Source: Octopus bimaculoides
Lineage: Eukaryota
Reading direction: 5' to 3'
DNA: 64,000 bases
Assembly: GCF_001194135.2 (NCBI RefSeq)
Contig: NC_068992.1
Span: 44,616,268-44,680,267 of the forward strand
Both the position numbers and the translations under genes were made by a program. The notes beneath the pieces were generated by a model. The model was not told the DNA's origin, made no database searches, and saw nothing but the letters and a program-made list of their open reading frames with translations. Shown here piece by piece: positions 1-12,191 of this stretch (its first letter is position 1; each line of letters opens with the position of its first letter).

Positions 1-599
1 CGTGTTTATTAGATCGACACACACACACACACACACATACTTGCAGATACACAGACACGTACACACATGCATACAGTCATATACAAATACACAATTCTCT
101 CTATGTTTATTTTCTCTTATTCCTTTCTGTTCAAGAGCATAGGCTCGAAACGTAAAAGACTTTCCTACTTTCTCGAGCATCAAACTAATATAGCTGCTTG
201 TTGTTTATACATCTGTCTTCATCTTTTGTTTTTCTGTAAATTTCAACTATATATACGCGAGTGTGTGTGTGTGTGTGTGTTCAAAGAGTCTAGAAATGCT
301 GGTTTGACAAAGCTAAAAGAAAAAAAAAACAGAAAAAAAAACAAGTGAGATTGATGAGAATAATTGCGAAACGTCTTCATTGATCTTCTCTATTGTTTTA
401 TTGATATTCCGTATTGTCATATACTACCCCTAGACGAATATCGAGCAGGTAATTTAGCATTAATTACTTTAAAATCTCATCAGATATTTCTGGTTTTGTT
501 TGCTAAATATAGGAATGTGTTGGTGTTTTGAGGTTGCTAAAAGTCCAATAATGTCAGAGGCGATGAAAAAATAGAGATAATGGGAGAAAAAAAGTGAGA

Positions 600-1091
600 T
601 AGATTGAAAGTGACAGAAAGAGAAATGGTATGAAGGGATAGAGAGGGAGAGGAGAGGGGAGAGGGAGAAGAGGAACTAGAAAAACAGACAGAAGAGGGGA
701 AGAGGCGAGATAGACAGACAGAAAAGGAAAGAAAGACGGAGACAGGTAAAGAGGTTGAGAGTAAAATACAGGCAAGCAGAAAGAGAAAGAAAGAGGGAGA
801 GAGGGAGAGAGAGAGAGGGAGAGAGAGAGAGAGAAAGAGAGAGAGATAGACAGACAGAAAGAGAAAGAAAGAGAAAGAAACAGGCAGTAAGAGAGAGTGA
901 GGGAGAAGGAGAAAAAGGAAGAGACAGACGGACAGAAAAGGAGGGGAAAAGAGAGAAAAAGAAGAGAGATAGAGAGATGAAGAGATAAACAGGTAGAAAG
1001 AGAAAAAGAGGAAGAGAGAGAAAAGAGGAAGAGATAGACCGATAGAAGATGAGCGCAAAAAGATGTAGAGACACAAAAAGGGAGAAAAGAG

Positions 1092-1125
<34 letters not shown>

Positions 1126-1176
1126 CAGATAGATAGATAGATGGATAGATAGATAGATAGAGAGATAGAGAGATAA

Positions 1177-1208
<32 letters not shown>

Positions 1209-1213
1209 GTAGG

Positions 1214-1261
<48 letters not shown>

Positions 1262-1420
1262 CAGAGAGGGAAGGATAGAGATGGGGACTGAAAGATAAAG
1301 CAGATAGATAGAGAGAGGGAGAGAGGGGTAGAAAAAGACAAAACAAATAGACAGAAAGAGAAAGAGAGTGAGAAAGAATGATATACAAACAGAAAGAGAA
1401 AGAAAGAAATTGAAAAAACA
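600..1420 (+). repeat. Purine-rich compound simple repeat: (GA)n, (GACA)n, and a (GATA)n tract at about 1093-1260
   Basis: Directly visible low-complexity G/A block. It accounts for the S/L/I/Y- and R/E-rich pseudo-ORFs in the track. Confidence 0.97.
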
Positions 1421-1834
1421 AAACAGAGAGAGTGTTTCGAACAGTTCAGTTGATTGTAACATATACTTTAAACACAGAAAGGTCGATACTAAACCACTGT
1501 TACTACTATCCAATTTTTTTTTGTCTCTGTCAGTGAGATGTTTTGTGGTTGAACAAATAAAGTGCTTATGAGTTCAAATCTATTGCACGTAATTTACTGA
1601 GCTCCATTAATTCTGCATTTTTACAGTTCACTGAAGGGGACTAAGTAGACAGTAATGTTCTGATAGCGGATTATATCATATTCGTTAAATCACATTCTCC
1701 ACGCAGTAGAATAGGTCTGAAATGGAAACAAATAAAATAGTCGGTTGTTGCTCTGTTCATCTCTTCCTCAAGAACATTATTTTGGCAAAACAAGTGAAAT
1801 GATATCGAGGCAGCAAGGAGTTTATTTTTCATAG

Positions 1835-1943
1835 CAATTTTTCAAGCTGTGACTGGAGAAGAGGTGTCTGTTGGAGAGTCTGTTCAAAAAGAGATGCAAA
1901 CATGTTGCACGAGTGCTGTGCGTGCAAGAAACCCTGTGAATAG
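1835..1943 (+). CDS. Candidate terminal exon encoding a Cys-rich peptide (NFSSCDWRRGVCWRVCSKRDANMLHECCACKKPCE*), unverified
   Basis: Acceptor tttatttttcatag ends at 1834. The frame is open to TAG at 1941-1943, has 7 Cys in 31 residues, and GC is locally raised. No upstream exon was found in the window. Confidence 0.2.
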
Positions 1944-2129
1944 GCTATAAAAGAAGAAGAAGAAAAAAAGAAAAAGGTACCAGCGATAGATCGGGGCTTG
2001 TGGGGTCGGAGCGTAGCTTGATCATCGCTACATTTGTGTTGTTTCTGTATTGTTAATTTCATTCAATTTTTAATATTTAATATAATTTTTATATCCATAG
2101 TCTATGTAAAATCATGACGTATTACTGAT

Positions 2130-2357
2130 TCCAATGAGTTCTTTTGTCCATTTCTGTGTTTGGTCCCCTGTAGGCAATAAAAAAAATGGTATTTCGTCTG
2201 TCTTTACGTTCTGAGTTCAAGTTCCGCCAAGGTCGACTTTGCATTTCACACTTTCGGGGTCGATAAATTAAGTACCAGTTGCGTACTGAGGTCGATCTAA
2301 TCGACTGGCACCCTCCCTCAAAATCCAGGGCCTTGTGCCTAGAGCAGAAAAGAATAT
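2130..2357 (+). mobile_element. tRNA-derived SINE, family A (octopus-type), well conserved copy
   Basis: Contains B-box-like GAGTTCAAGTTCC and the body gtcgactttgc...ggggtcgataaattaagtaccagttgcgtactg...ccttgtgcctagag, shared with the copies at 39.0 and 48.3 kb. Confidence 0.9.
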
Positions 2358-3142
2358 ACGAAATCATTAACATTAAAAGTCCACCTAATCAGATTTGTAT
2401 CAATCGTTCTGATGTTCGTAATGTTATTATTTACGGAGAGCCATTGTTTTTGCACTTGTTAATAATGTCATGATAGTCGAAGTCATGCAAGCATGTTCTT
2501 TAATTACAAGAATTTAGCAACCATAAATTATTGCTGAGAGATGACAGTTATTAATGTTTTTAATTGTATTTGTTCAGCTAATGAGTTGACAGAAGTGAAT
2601 CATGGATAATATTGATCATAGATTTGTGAGCAAAACAAAAAATAAAATAAAATAAAAGACAAAAAAAAAAATCAAAACATTCTATAATATACACGCTTTC
2701 ACATACTCACATACACATATATAAACGCATATACTCACATTGGCGTATATATATGAGGAAATACGCATATAAGAAAAGCAACAGCCTTAGAAATAATATC
2801 AGAATCAATATAACTAATTTTACAGGTTGTGCAAATTTACAGGATGAAAAAAAAAAAAAAAAAGAGAAATACAAGTTGACAGAATTTTTTCTTTTCAAAC
2901 GATACGGAATCTCACCAGTAAATAATTTTACAAAAATGTTCCTCTCTAAAAGTAGAACATCAATCATTTATCACGAATTTCTTGTTGCTTTCCTTCAATG
3001 ATCTTTTTTTAAAAAATATTTAATGTTTATATGATTTCTTTTTTCTTTATTAGGACTTGATCAATGATATTACCTTCTACACTACATACTACATCACTAA
3101 AATAGCAGTAACTGACAAAAGTGTAGATTTGCCGGTTTATTT

Positions 3143-3521
3143 NNNNNNNNNNNNNNNNNNNNNNNNNNNNNNNNNNNNNNNNNNNNNNNNNNNNNNNNNN
3201 NNNNNNNNNNNNNNNNNNNNNNNNNNNNNNNNNNNNNNNNNNNNNNNNNNNNNNNNNNNNNNNNNNNNNNNNNNNNNNNNNNNNNNNNNNNNNNNNNNNN
3301 NNNNNNNNNNNNNNNNNNNNNNNNNNNNNNNNNNNNNNNNNNNNNNNNNNNNNNNNNNNNNNNNNNNNNNNNNNNNNNNNNNNNNNNNNNNNNNNNNNNN
3401 NNNNNNNNNNNNNNNNNNNNNNNNNNNNNNNNNNNNNNNNNNNNNNNNNNNNNNNNNNNNNNNNNNNNNNNNNNNNNNNNNNNNNNNNNNNNNNNNNNNN
3501 NNNNNNNNNNNNNNNNNNNNN
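3143..3521. other. Assembly gap (N)
   Basis: Run of N with (TA)n on the right side. Confidence 1.
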
Positions 3522-3557
<36 letters not shown>

Positions 3558-4390
3558 CATACGATTTCCCATGCTGGCCACTTGATAAAATCGATATTTT
3601 AAGTATTGATTTTATCCTCATTTTTCTTTGCTGCTGTAATCGACAAGGGAGCATGTGTAACTCAAGAGAGAACAAATATATGCAGAGCAATTTGTTACAA
3701 AGACACCTTCCGTCTACATATTTACTTCAGTGGAAATAGTATTCGAATTTACCATCAAATCACATACCACCTCATTAAAAACTAAATGCACATCTAGAAA
3801 TGTGGAGCATAGTATATCATCTGTGAAAACAGACATGATGGTTATAGCTGGAATGATATGAATCATAGATCTAATTCATACAGTCTGACTTGAGACTAAA
3901 AAACAGCAACATTCGAAGTTTGAGTAATTGTTTTCCTTGTGTATGAAATGTAATAATGAAAAACTGAAAAATATAGGAAAAAGAACAAAAGCACCATAAA
4001 CATTCTTATCATTAGAGTTATATTAAACAGAAGAGCGTGTTTACGTGGTAAAATGGACTCTATCATATTTGTCTCTGATAAAGAAGTCATTTTTACCTTG
4101 CAAGTTAGTTTCAATGTTAAAATAAACAAGGTAGACAAATAGATTAGATAGGTAATCAATCAAAAGAAAGAAATCGAAGAAATTTATACTTTAAGAGATA
4201 GCTTTAAAGCAGACGTACATGACAATATCATATCGTTGTTTCTACCGAATCAGTCGGCTGATTTTCTTTGTTCAAATAAACTTGATAGACAAACATAATA
4301 GGTAGATAATCCATCATTGTACAGGAAATCAAAGTAAGAAACTTATAAATGTAGCGATACCGCAAAATTTAAGATTTAAGAGGAAAGCAC

Positions 4391-4432
<42 letters not shown>

Positions 4433-4489
4433 TCACACGCACACACACAAGCACAGGTATATATACACACACACACACACACATATATA

Positions 4490-4631
4490 NNNNNNNNNNN
4501 NNNNNNNNNNNNNNNNNNNNNNNNNNNNNNNNNNNNNNNNNNNNNNNNNNNNNNNNNNNNNNNNNNNNNNNNNNNNNNNNNNNNNNNNNNNNNNNNNNNN
4601 NNNNNNNNNNNNNNNNNNNNNNNNNNNNNNN
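4490..4631. other. Assembly gap (N) inside a (CA)n/(TA)n microsatellite
   Basis: Run of N flanked by microsatellite. Confidence 1.
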
Positions 4632-4662
<31 letters not shown>

Positions 4663-4827
4663 GTATATATATATATTCATACGCAGAGACGCACACACGT
4701 ACATACGTGACCGGTCACACAGTAGGCTGTAACTAGAGATGGTTTTAAAAAGACAAAGAAAGTAGAATAACTCAAGTGACGGAAAACACCTCAAGAATAA
4801 CGAATCGTGGCTGCATTTGGGACTTAC

Positions 4828-4910
4828 CTTTGAGTGTGGGTTTATAGCCACACCAGAAGTTGTTCTGTCGACCAAAATAGAGTAACCACTTTCCGGTGCA
4901 CATCCATGAC
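4828..4910 (-). CDS. Candidate internal exon (83 nt) of an unidentified gene
   Basis: Minus-strand acceptor aattttgctag|G and consensus donor AAG|gtaagt. Two frames are open: HGCAPESGYSILVDRTTSGVAINPHSK and SWMCTGKWLLYFGRQNNFWCGYKPTLK. No homology recognised. Confidence 0.3.
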
Positions 4911-5349
4911 CTAGCAAAATTAATGGATGACACAATAATGGAAAGATGTACACATACACACATTCGTAGCATTAATGAATTTAAAGCCCGTATATACATA
5001 CACATACTTGCGTGTACATAAACATATTTACATACGCATACATACATGCATACATACGTTATGAACTTAAATCTAGTTCAATGAGATAGTAATTACAGAA
5101 GCAAGTCGCAATGTCAATTGGTAAATAATGCCAAGGACGAAGATAAGAACGAGTTTTGTTGTAAAAGTTAGAGTTTTCAACGGACGGGCTCAAGGTGCAA
5201 TCTGTACGTGAAGGAAAAATCGAATTATCCTCATGGCATAAAAAATAACGGGTTAATGGCTGAGTATTCCACAGACCAGCGTAACTTCGATATAATTCTC
5301 AGAATGTGACAGAATGTGAAAAGACTGGGCTTTGAAGTACAGTTACAAC

Positions 5350-5400
5350 GGAGAGAGAGAGAGAAAGAGAGGAAGGGAGAGAGAGAGAGGAAGGGAGAGA

Positions 5401-5460
<60 letters not shown>
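5350..5460 (+). repeat. (GA)n microsatellite
   Basis: Directly visible. Confidence 0.98.
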
Positions 5461-5463
<3 letters not shown>

Positions 5464-5569
5464 ATGTAGGGAGTACTGGATTCGTACTTTGTGTGAAAAT
5501 GATCTTAGTAGGTTCTGAACTCAGGGAGCCAAAACAAGTAGGCCAAAACATTTTATCCGACACTCTATG

Positions 5570-5700
5570 AAATCGACTTACAAAGTATTGGTCGTCCCAG
5601 AACTATAGTAGCAGACACTTGTGTAAGATACCATGCAGTGAGAATGAGCCCGGAACTCTATGTTTAGGAAGTAAAATTCTTGCCACACATCTACATTTGT
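5570..5700 (-). mobile_element. tRNA-derived SINE, family B, decayed copy
   Basis: Reverse complement reads gtggcaagaatttt...gttccgggctcattctcactgcatggtatcttacacaagtgtctgctactatag, homologous to the copy at 26486-26660. Confidence 0.7.
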
Positions 5701-6274
5701 GCCTTATATATTTAGGACCTGTAGCTGGAAAATATTGATCAATCACTAGGGAATGTGGGAAGAATTTCATACGCTTGCTGGAAGACATTGAGTTAAATCA
5801 GTTCTTTCGTGTTACACGATTTGTGAGGTAAAGCCCGATAGGAAAGGATTTGTCGATTTACGAGCAGAAACAGGCAAAATGAAAAGAAAAAAGCAAAATG
5901 ATGTCACGAATTATATATTTTTTTCCTTGAAACATAAAAAAAAAAATCATGTAAGACAAAATAAGCAGAACAAAAACAAAAGGATTCTATGAAAATAACA
6001 CAAAACAAATGAAATGATTCTTGCAGATGAGATTTTCTTGTTAACATGTCACGTTACTTACTATTTACTCTTCAACATATCTTCAAGTGATAAACTTTCA
6101 TTTTCAAAATGAGTTACGGTGAGCCATAATCTTATTTTAGTCTTCCGTAGCCTCTACTCATATCACACAATTACAGAAGCTTAATTAGTCGTGATAACAT
6201 CATTGCAATTCCTTTCACATCCCAAATGTAAGAGGAAGAAGTGAAATGAAAAAAAAAATCTTTTTATAATTCAC

Positions 6275-6308
6275 ACACACGTACATGCGCATTCATACAC
6301 ACACACAT

Positions 6309-6371
<63 letters not shown>

Positions 6372-6381
6372 CACACACACA
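6275..6381 (+). repeat. (CA)n microsatellite
   Basis: Directly visible. Confidence 0.98.
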
Positions 6382-8127
6382 CTTTTCGGAACATTTTCAT
6401 CAGTTTATACTATTCATCACATATACATACACGCTCCGCTAAATTCAATAATTAACATCCACTCAGTCTAACACACGCATTCATATATACGTCGGCATTC
6501 ATCTTACTCCTCCAAGCACTTTCCCTCCCACGTAAATACACACCCAAACTTGATAAAGTTCTTAAGGCATTTTCACCTTTGTTTTAAGATACACAGACAC
6601 ATATATTGTCATATATATATATCACGCAAAATCCTCTTTATATAATCACTAATTTTCTGTTTATCATTGAAATTTATCCTGAATGAGAAAAATCATATAG
6701 TTTCTTTTCCAGACGAAATTTTAGCTGAATCTAATAAGCTTTCAATATGATGTGAAAAATTTTATCTAATATTAAATTAATCTATTTATCAGTTAATATC
6801 TGTTATTCTAAGATTATACGTCTACATGATTAGGACGGCGTAGTGATTTGAACAAAACAAACATTCATTAATCCATTACAAATGACAGGACGGACTTCTT
6901 TGACGGAAATCTATTTTCTGTAACATTTTATTAATCGAACAAGAAGTTGCGAAACAAATGCACCCTATTGAATAAAACGCTGTCGGTTATAATCCGGTAT
7001 TTATGAGTCTTAGTGAGATTGTAACATAACCAATGGCAGCAGAATCCTGTCAATGGTGACAGGAATCTTGATATAAAAGACTGGATGTGCCATAACATTG
7101 TTTGCCCAATGGTTTCGTGTTTGTTTTATTCCTGTTGTTTGTAATATTCACACATGACGACAGCAGTAAATTGATAAAAGCAGAATCGTTTTACCGAAAT
7201 ATGAGAGATGTCAACTCTACTATGAAACCAAATAGAAAAATATAACACTACTTGAATGAAATGTTATCATATATCGAGATAAACATAATATTGATTTTTC
7301 ACATTATCACAAGGCGATAACACTGAAATGGAGGCGTCTGCTCCTTTGAAGTGGTAAATTATATGATTGCTATTTATTTTTCGACCAAGTGAGAAGAAAA
7401 TTTGCAATAACATTATGATAGATACAATATTAATGTGAACCTGTTTATGAATATGCTTTATGTGTGCTGTGTCTGTGTGGCTTTTTCATAACTGTCGTGT
7501 GTGGACATTCTTCTAAAAGACAGGTATTTTGTTATTCTAATTAACCAATAGACACACTTCAATCATAATGTGTTATTTGTAAACGTATGCAGTGTAGGCT
7601 ATCGCAATCATGTCCAACAGGACCTACGGTATAGACTTCTTAAAGGTGCAGCGTCAATCCAGTTGGGCTATTGTCAGCTAAAATGTTTAAACTACTATAT
7701 ATAACGATCGTAGAGGCGGGAAACCGAATAGAGAAAGATTTAGACCAGCTTTTCCTGGTTCGAAAGGTCAAGCCTACTTCATGTGTTTCTATTTCAAATC
7801 TCAATTGTATATTGACCCAATTAACCTAGATGTTGGCAGTACCCTCCGAAGTATTTTCTTTAAGACGATTATCTGTGATAATTCAGCGTCCTCTCAAAGC
7901 ATGTTTCTCTTCCTAAGCATCTGTTCTTAAATACCTGTCAGAATTGGGAAATATTTAAATGTTTTATGTCATTTACAGAGAAAGACAATCAAACTTCTAA
8001 AAAAAAAAATTAAAAAAACAGTGGAAGAAAATGTTTTTTTACACTGAAGCAAAATTTTCTCTGAAAGCCCTTCAAGTCACAACATGGACACAGATCCATT
8101 TATAAAGAATGGTAAATGGAGGAACCC

Positions 8128-8139
8128 TACTACTACTAT

Positions 8140-8201
<62 letters not shown>
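8128..8201 (+). repeat. (CTA)n trinucleotide microsatellite
   Basis: Directly visible. Confidence 0.98.
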
Positions 8202-9502
8202 ACACAGAATCAACATAAAGAAAATCAAAATTCCATGTATTTGAGTTAAGAGGCAAGAACTCGTTATTCCAACGTTTATAGATATCTTTTGTATCAATGA
8301 TTCTTCGATCACAGTTAAATTATTTTGTTTCTGTTGATTGTTGAAATTTGAATTCTCTATTTTCCTTCACTTCTTGATGTAGAATTCAACCAAATCAACA
8401 TGAAATTATAACATTATTTAACACATAACTACAGAGCTAAAGATAGATTTTTCAGGCTGCATTGAGAAGTATATTATAAAAGAAGAATTGACTTCTTCAA
8501 AACGGTAATTCACAAAACTCGTATCTATTTCGCTTTGTTCATATATTTCAGCGTTACCATGAGAAATGTTTCATATCAGTTCTTGCAGTTCGCCTATAAA
8601 ATTAAGCATTTATTTCCAATGTTATTAATAGAAGAAAAGAAAAATTATTTGCAAGTTTGTATTAAAGTTATTATCGTTTTCTATTGTTTATTTCATTCAA
8701 AGAAAATTCTGGACCTCTTTAAGTCATAAGTTTCTATGGAAGCGCGAAATAGTTAATTGATCTGATTATTGAGTAAATTCCTTAAAGCAGTTATGTTCTT
8801 TAAACATAAACTGTACTTCTTATCATGTATATCCAGAGATTCTGAATGAAATGACGTCACTGGATATCAGGATATCACAGCCATTTGTATTCTTCAAAAC
8901 TTCACTTGTTCAAGTAGTCTTTCTGCTTTCCAAAAAAGAAGGAAAATTCTTGAAAAGACACATTTCGTATATAGAAGTTCCATTTTTCAATAGTATACTG
9001 GAAACTTGCCAACATGTTCAGCAGAAGTCTTCTCCAACACAATAACCGCTTCGATTTATCCCCAAACACATTGTCCATTTCAAAGAACGCATTCTTTGAT
9101 TTACTATGTATCAAGGAATCGATCGTTAACTGATTGATAATCGATTGCTATTTTCCCAGTTAAAGACTGGTCATTGTTCCCTATTGCGGATATGCGTGTT
9201 TGTTTTTATGTTAGACGAAGCAAGTTTATATGACATAAACTTACAAGAATCTTTATCATATTTATATAAGACCATTTTGTTTGACTGAGAAAAATAGTAT
9301 CATCTCTCAAGACAATATATTTCATCTTTTCCCATATAACTGTTATTTTGATTGAATATTTAGAAACAAGACGATGGATGTTGAGGCGAGATAGTAACAT
9401 AAGTGGTTATAAGAAATAACAAGTAATTGTCCCCACGGGCCAACAACTCCCATTTGCTTCTATTGTTGTTTTCAACAAAACTTGATTTTTCATATTTCCC
9501 TG

Positions 9503-10060
9503 TTACGAAAAATTAATGAATCCTCGGTGGTCAGGAGCAAGATTAATATTGTTTTGTTCATTAATGTTCATTAGTGCATTACTCAGTGATTGAAGAATAC
9601 GCTTTGCATTTATACGGTTCACTGGGCAAGTAATTTCTAGAATATCCTCAGAGGTGGAGGGCATGGCAGAAACTGAACAAATGGAAAATGTGTGGAAGCT
9701 GTGTATGTACAAAAGGTAAGATGGAGTGTTTCTGGCTGGGTGGGGGATAGCTTTAACACTACTTCTGATAACTGGTTCTCCCAGCTTAGTACTGTTATAA
9801 TCATCGATGACCAAATATAACACCTTCAATTTATTTGGGCGCTTTAAAGATGTACAAGCTCTTGCGAGAATTTGGAGCAATTTTAGAATAATGCAGTATT
9901 TCGATACACTCCTTTCTACTGCAGCAGCAACCAAACGTGTGACAAATTCTTTTACCATCTCTAAAGTAGAAAGCAAATGTAGAACGGAATTTTCAACTTT
10001 TCCCTCTCCACCTGTCCTGGATATCGGATATATATAGTTCACATATATCACATATATCAT
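9503..10060 (-). CDS. Uncharacterised 185-aa ORF, non-repetitive over about 170 codons
   Basis: ORF track. It is unusually long for AT-rich non-repeat DNA, but the N-terminus lies in a degenerate (TA)n and no family was recognised. Confidence 0.2.
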   Translation of the reverse strand: MIYVIYVNYIYPISRTGGEGKVENSVLHLLSTLEMVKEFVTRLVAAAVERSVSKYCIILKLLQILARACTSLKRPNKLKVLYLVIDDYNSTKLGEPVIRSSVKAIPHPARNTPSYLLYIHSFHTFSICSVSAMPSTSEDILEITCPVNRINAKRILQSLSNALMNINEQNNINLAPDHRGFINFS

Positions 10061-10066
10061 ATATAT

Positions 10067-10106
<40 letters not shown>

Positions 10107-10739
10107 NNNNNNNNNNNNNNNNNNNNNNNNNNNNNNNNNNNNNNNNNNNNNNNNNNNNNNNNNNNNNNNNNNNNNNNNNNNNNNNNNNNNNNNNNNNNNN
10201 NNNNNNNNNNNNNNNNNNNNNNNNNNNNNNNNNNNNNNNNNNNNNNNNNNNNNNNNNNNNNNNNNNNNNNNNNNNNNNNNNNNNNNNNNNNNNNNNNNNN
10301 NNNNNNNNNNNNNNNNNNNNNNNNNNNNNNNNNNNNNNNNNNNNNNNNNNNNNNNNNNNNNNNNNNNNNNNNNNNNNNNNNNNNNNNNNNNNNNNNNNNN
10401 NNNNNNNNNNNNNNNNNNNNNNNNNNNNNNNNNNNNNNNNNNNNNNNNNNNNNNNNNNNNNNNNNNNNNNNNNNNNNNNNNNNNNNNNNNNNNNNNNNNN
10501 NNNNNNNNNNNNNNNNNNNNNNNNNNNNNNNNNNNNNNNNNNNNNNNNNNNNNNNNNNNNNNNNNNNNNNNNNNNNNNNNNNNNNNNNNNNNNNNNNNNN
10601 NNNNNNNNNNNNNNNNNNNNNNNNNNNNNNNNNNNNNNNNNNNNNNNNNNNNNNNNNNNNNNNNNNNNNNNNNNNNNNNNNNNNNNNNNNNNNNNNNNNN
10701 NNNNNNNNNNNNNNNNNNNNNNNNNNNNNNNNNNNNNNN
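10107..10739. other. Assembly gap (N), the largest in the window
   Basis: Run of N with (TA)n on the left side. Confidence 1.
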
Positions 10740-12191
10740 ATATAATATGCGTAACCTACATACTTGCTATATGTATGCCTTCAGTTTCGAACAGCTCTCT
10801 AAAAGCAAAGAATCTGTATTGTTCATTGGAAAGAAGTTGTATACTTTGATGCTTTTGTATTCATTTCGTCGTATTTTTACGCCGTATGAACTTTTTCGGT
10901 TTGTGAATTTGGTATCTGATAGACATAGAAGTCGTTCATGCATATTTTCTTCATTTAGGAAAAAAGATTTTCAATGAAAATCAGTGAAGCTGAAAGGCAA
11001 ATTGTCATAGTTTTTATTGTAAGTTTTACAGATATAATAAAGGCAGAAACATAGAGTCACTATTCTAATATAATGTTAAACAGTTAAAAAAAAAAAAAGA
11101 AAAAGAAAAGAAACCAGCATAGCCTGAAGAATGCATTATAATTGCCAGTACTAGTTGATATTATAAGCTGTTAACCATTTCCATATGTTACATTATACAT
11201 TTTATTCTTCTTCGATTCTTTCTCTTTCTGACAGAATGTTTCATGCCTGTTCTCAAATTTTTAGTTTTCAAAGAATTTACACCGAAAGTATTTTTCATAA
11301 GCAGAATTTGAATTTCATTGAAAGACATTTCTACAACGAATTAACAAATTCACCAATTTTAGATTACCATACCAGAATTCTCAATATAATTTTTTTTCAG
11401 TTGTTCCATAAATACTTCAGTGTGTAAGATCATATTAAGTATATCCATTCTCTAACTTACAGGACAGTTAATATATTGATCAGTCTGCAGATCACTTAAC
11501 ATGTCATCTCTCCATCAGCTTATAAATAAACGACCATAAAAGGAGAATCTCTACTTGGTTAATGGAGCTGCTAGAAATAGTAGCAAAATATCCCTTACAA
11601 ATACCGCTTAAAATAAACTGAACATATTAGATAATGATGTCTTCACAATACACAACAAGTAAAAGTAGACGGGTAGTTACGGTTTGAGCACGTTTACTCA
11701 TAAACCTACTCAGTTAAAGCTGGCTAGGGAAAAAAACAACAACAAAATATCAAAAACATCAAAGAGAACATCTAGTGACTGACACGTTGTTTTATGCCTG
11801 AAATAAAGGATACCCTGCTTCACTTAAATATAGGTGTATACTCAAGAAATTAAGTCGACAAAGGGAAAACAATATTAAAATAGATGAAACATTTAATAGA
11901 TCAAACTACATAAGCTTATGACATCTTGGACGTTTTTTTACAGCTTCTGCTGTTAATGTACTGCCTGAGCAGAAGAAGAGACTTATTTCCAAGTCAAGCT
12001 TTGTCGGCCTTCCTCTTTGATCCTTGGGCATTTTTTATATTTCCTGTTTAAAAACAAGAGGTCCCATACTGAGCTGCTTTTGTCATTTAAATTGATCAGT
12101 CGAAGAATAAGCTGCTAACAGGATAAAGTGGGAAGCTCTGATTTATGACGGGAGAAGAAACAACTGTGGACACTATTGTATACAAATTCAG

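Noticed and set aside
434-448. 15-nt plus-strand microexon-like site (ccctag|ACGAATATCGAGCAG|gtaatt)
   Set aside because: The donor is moderate and matches of this size are expected by chance. Nothing links it to the exon candidate at 1835.
537-1513. Three long minus-strand ORFs (221-319 aa) and an R/E-rich plus ORF
   Set aside because: They are translations of (GA)n/(GATA)n low-complexity DNA, which lacks stop codons on the pyrimidine strand.
2159-2169. TTTGGTCCCCT matches the 5' end of miR-133
   Set aside because: Only 11 nt match, the site lies in a SINE tail, and there is no precursor hairpin. I noticed no conserved miRNA anywhere in the window by eye.
3027-3690. Long ORFs spanning N-runs (also at 13.0, 15.2, 33.4, 36.0 and 52.3 kb)
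   Set aside because: Artefacts of X translation through gaps plus (TA)n repeats.
6207-6226. 16-mer ttgggatgtgaaagga shared in inverted orientation with about 16563
   Set aside because: The match does not extend, and one such match is expected by chance in 64 kb of AT-rich DNA.
11910-12040. Minus-strand MPKDQRGRPTKL..., resembling a transposase N-terminal GRP motif
   Set aside because: A three-residue motif in a 41-codon ORF with no other transposase features.
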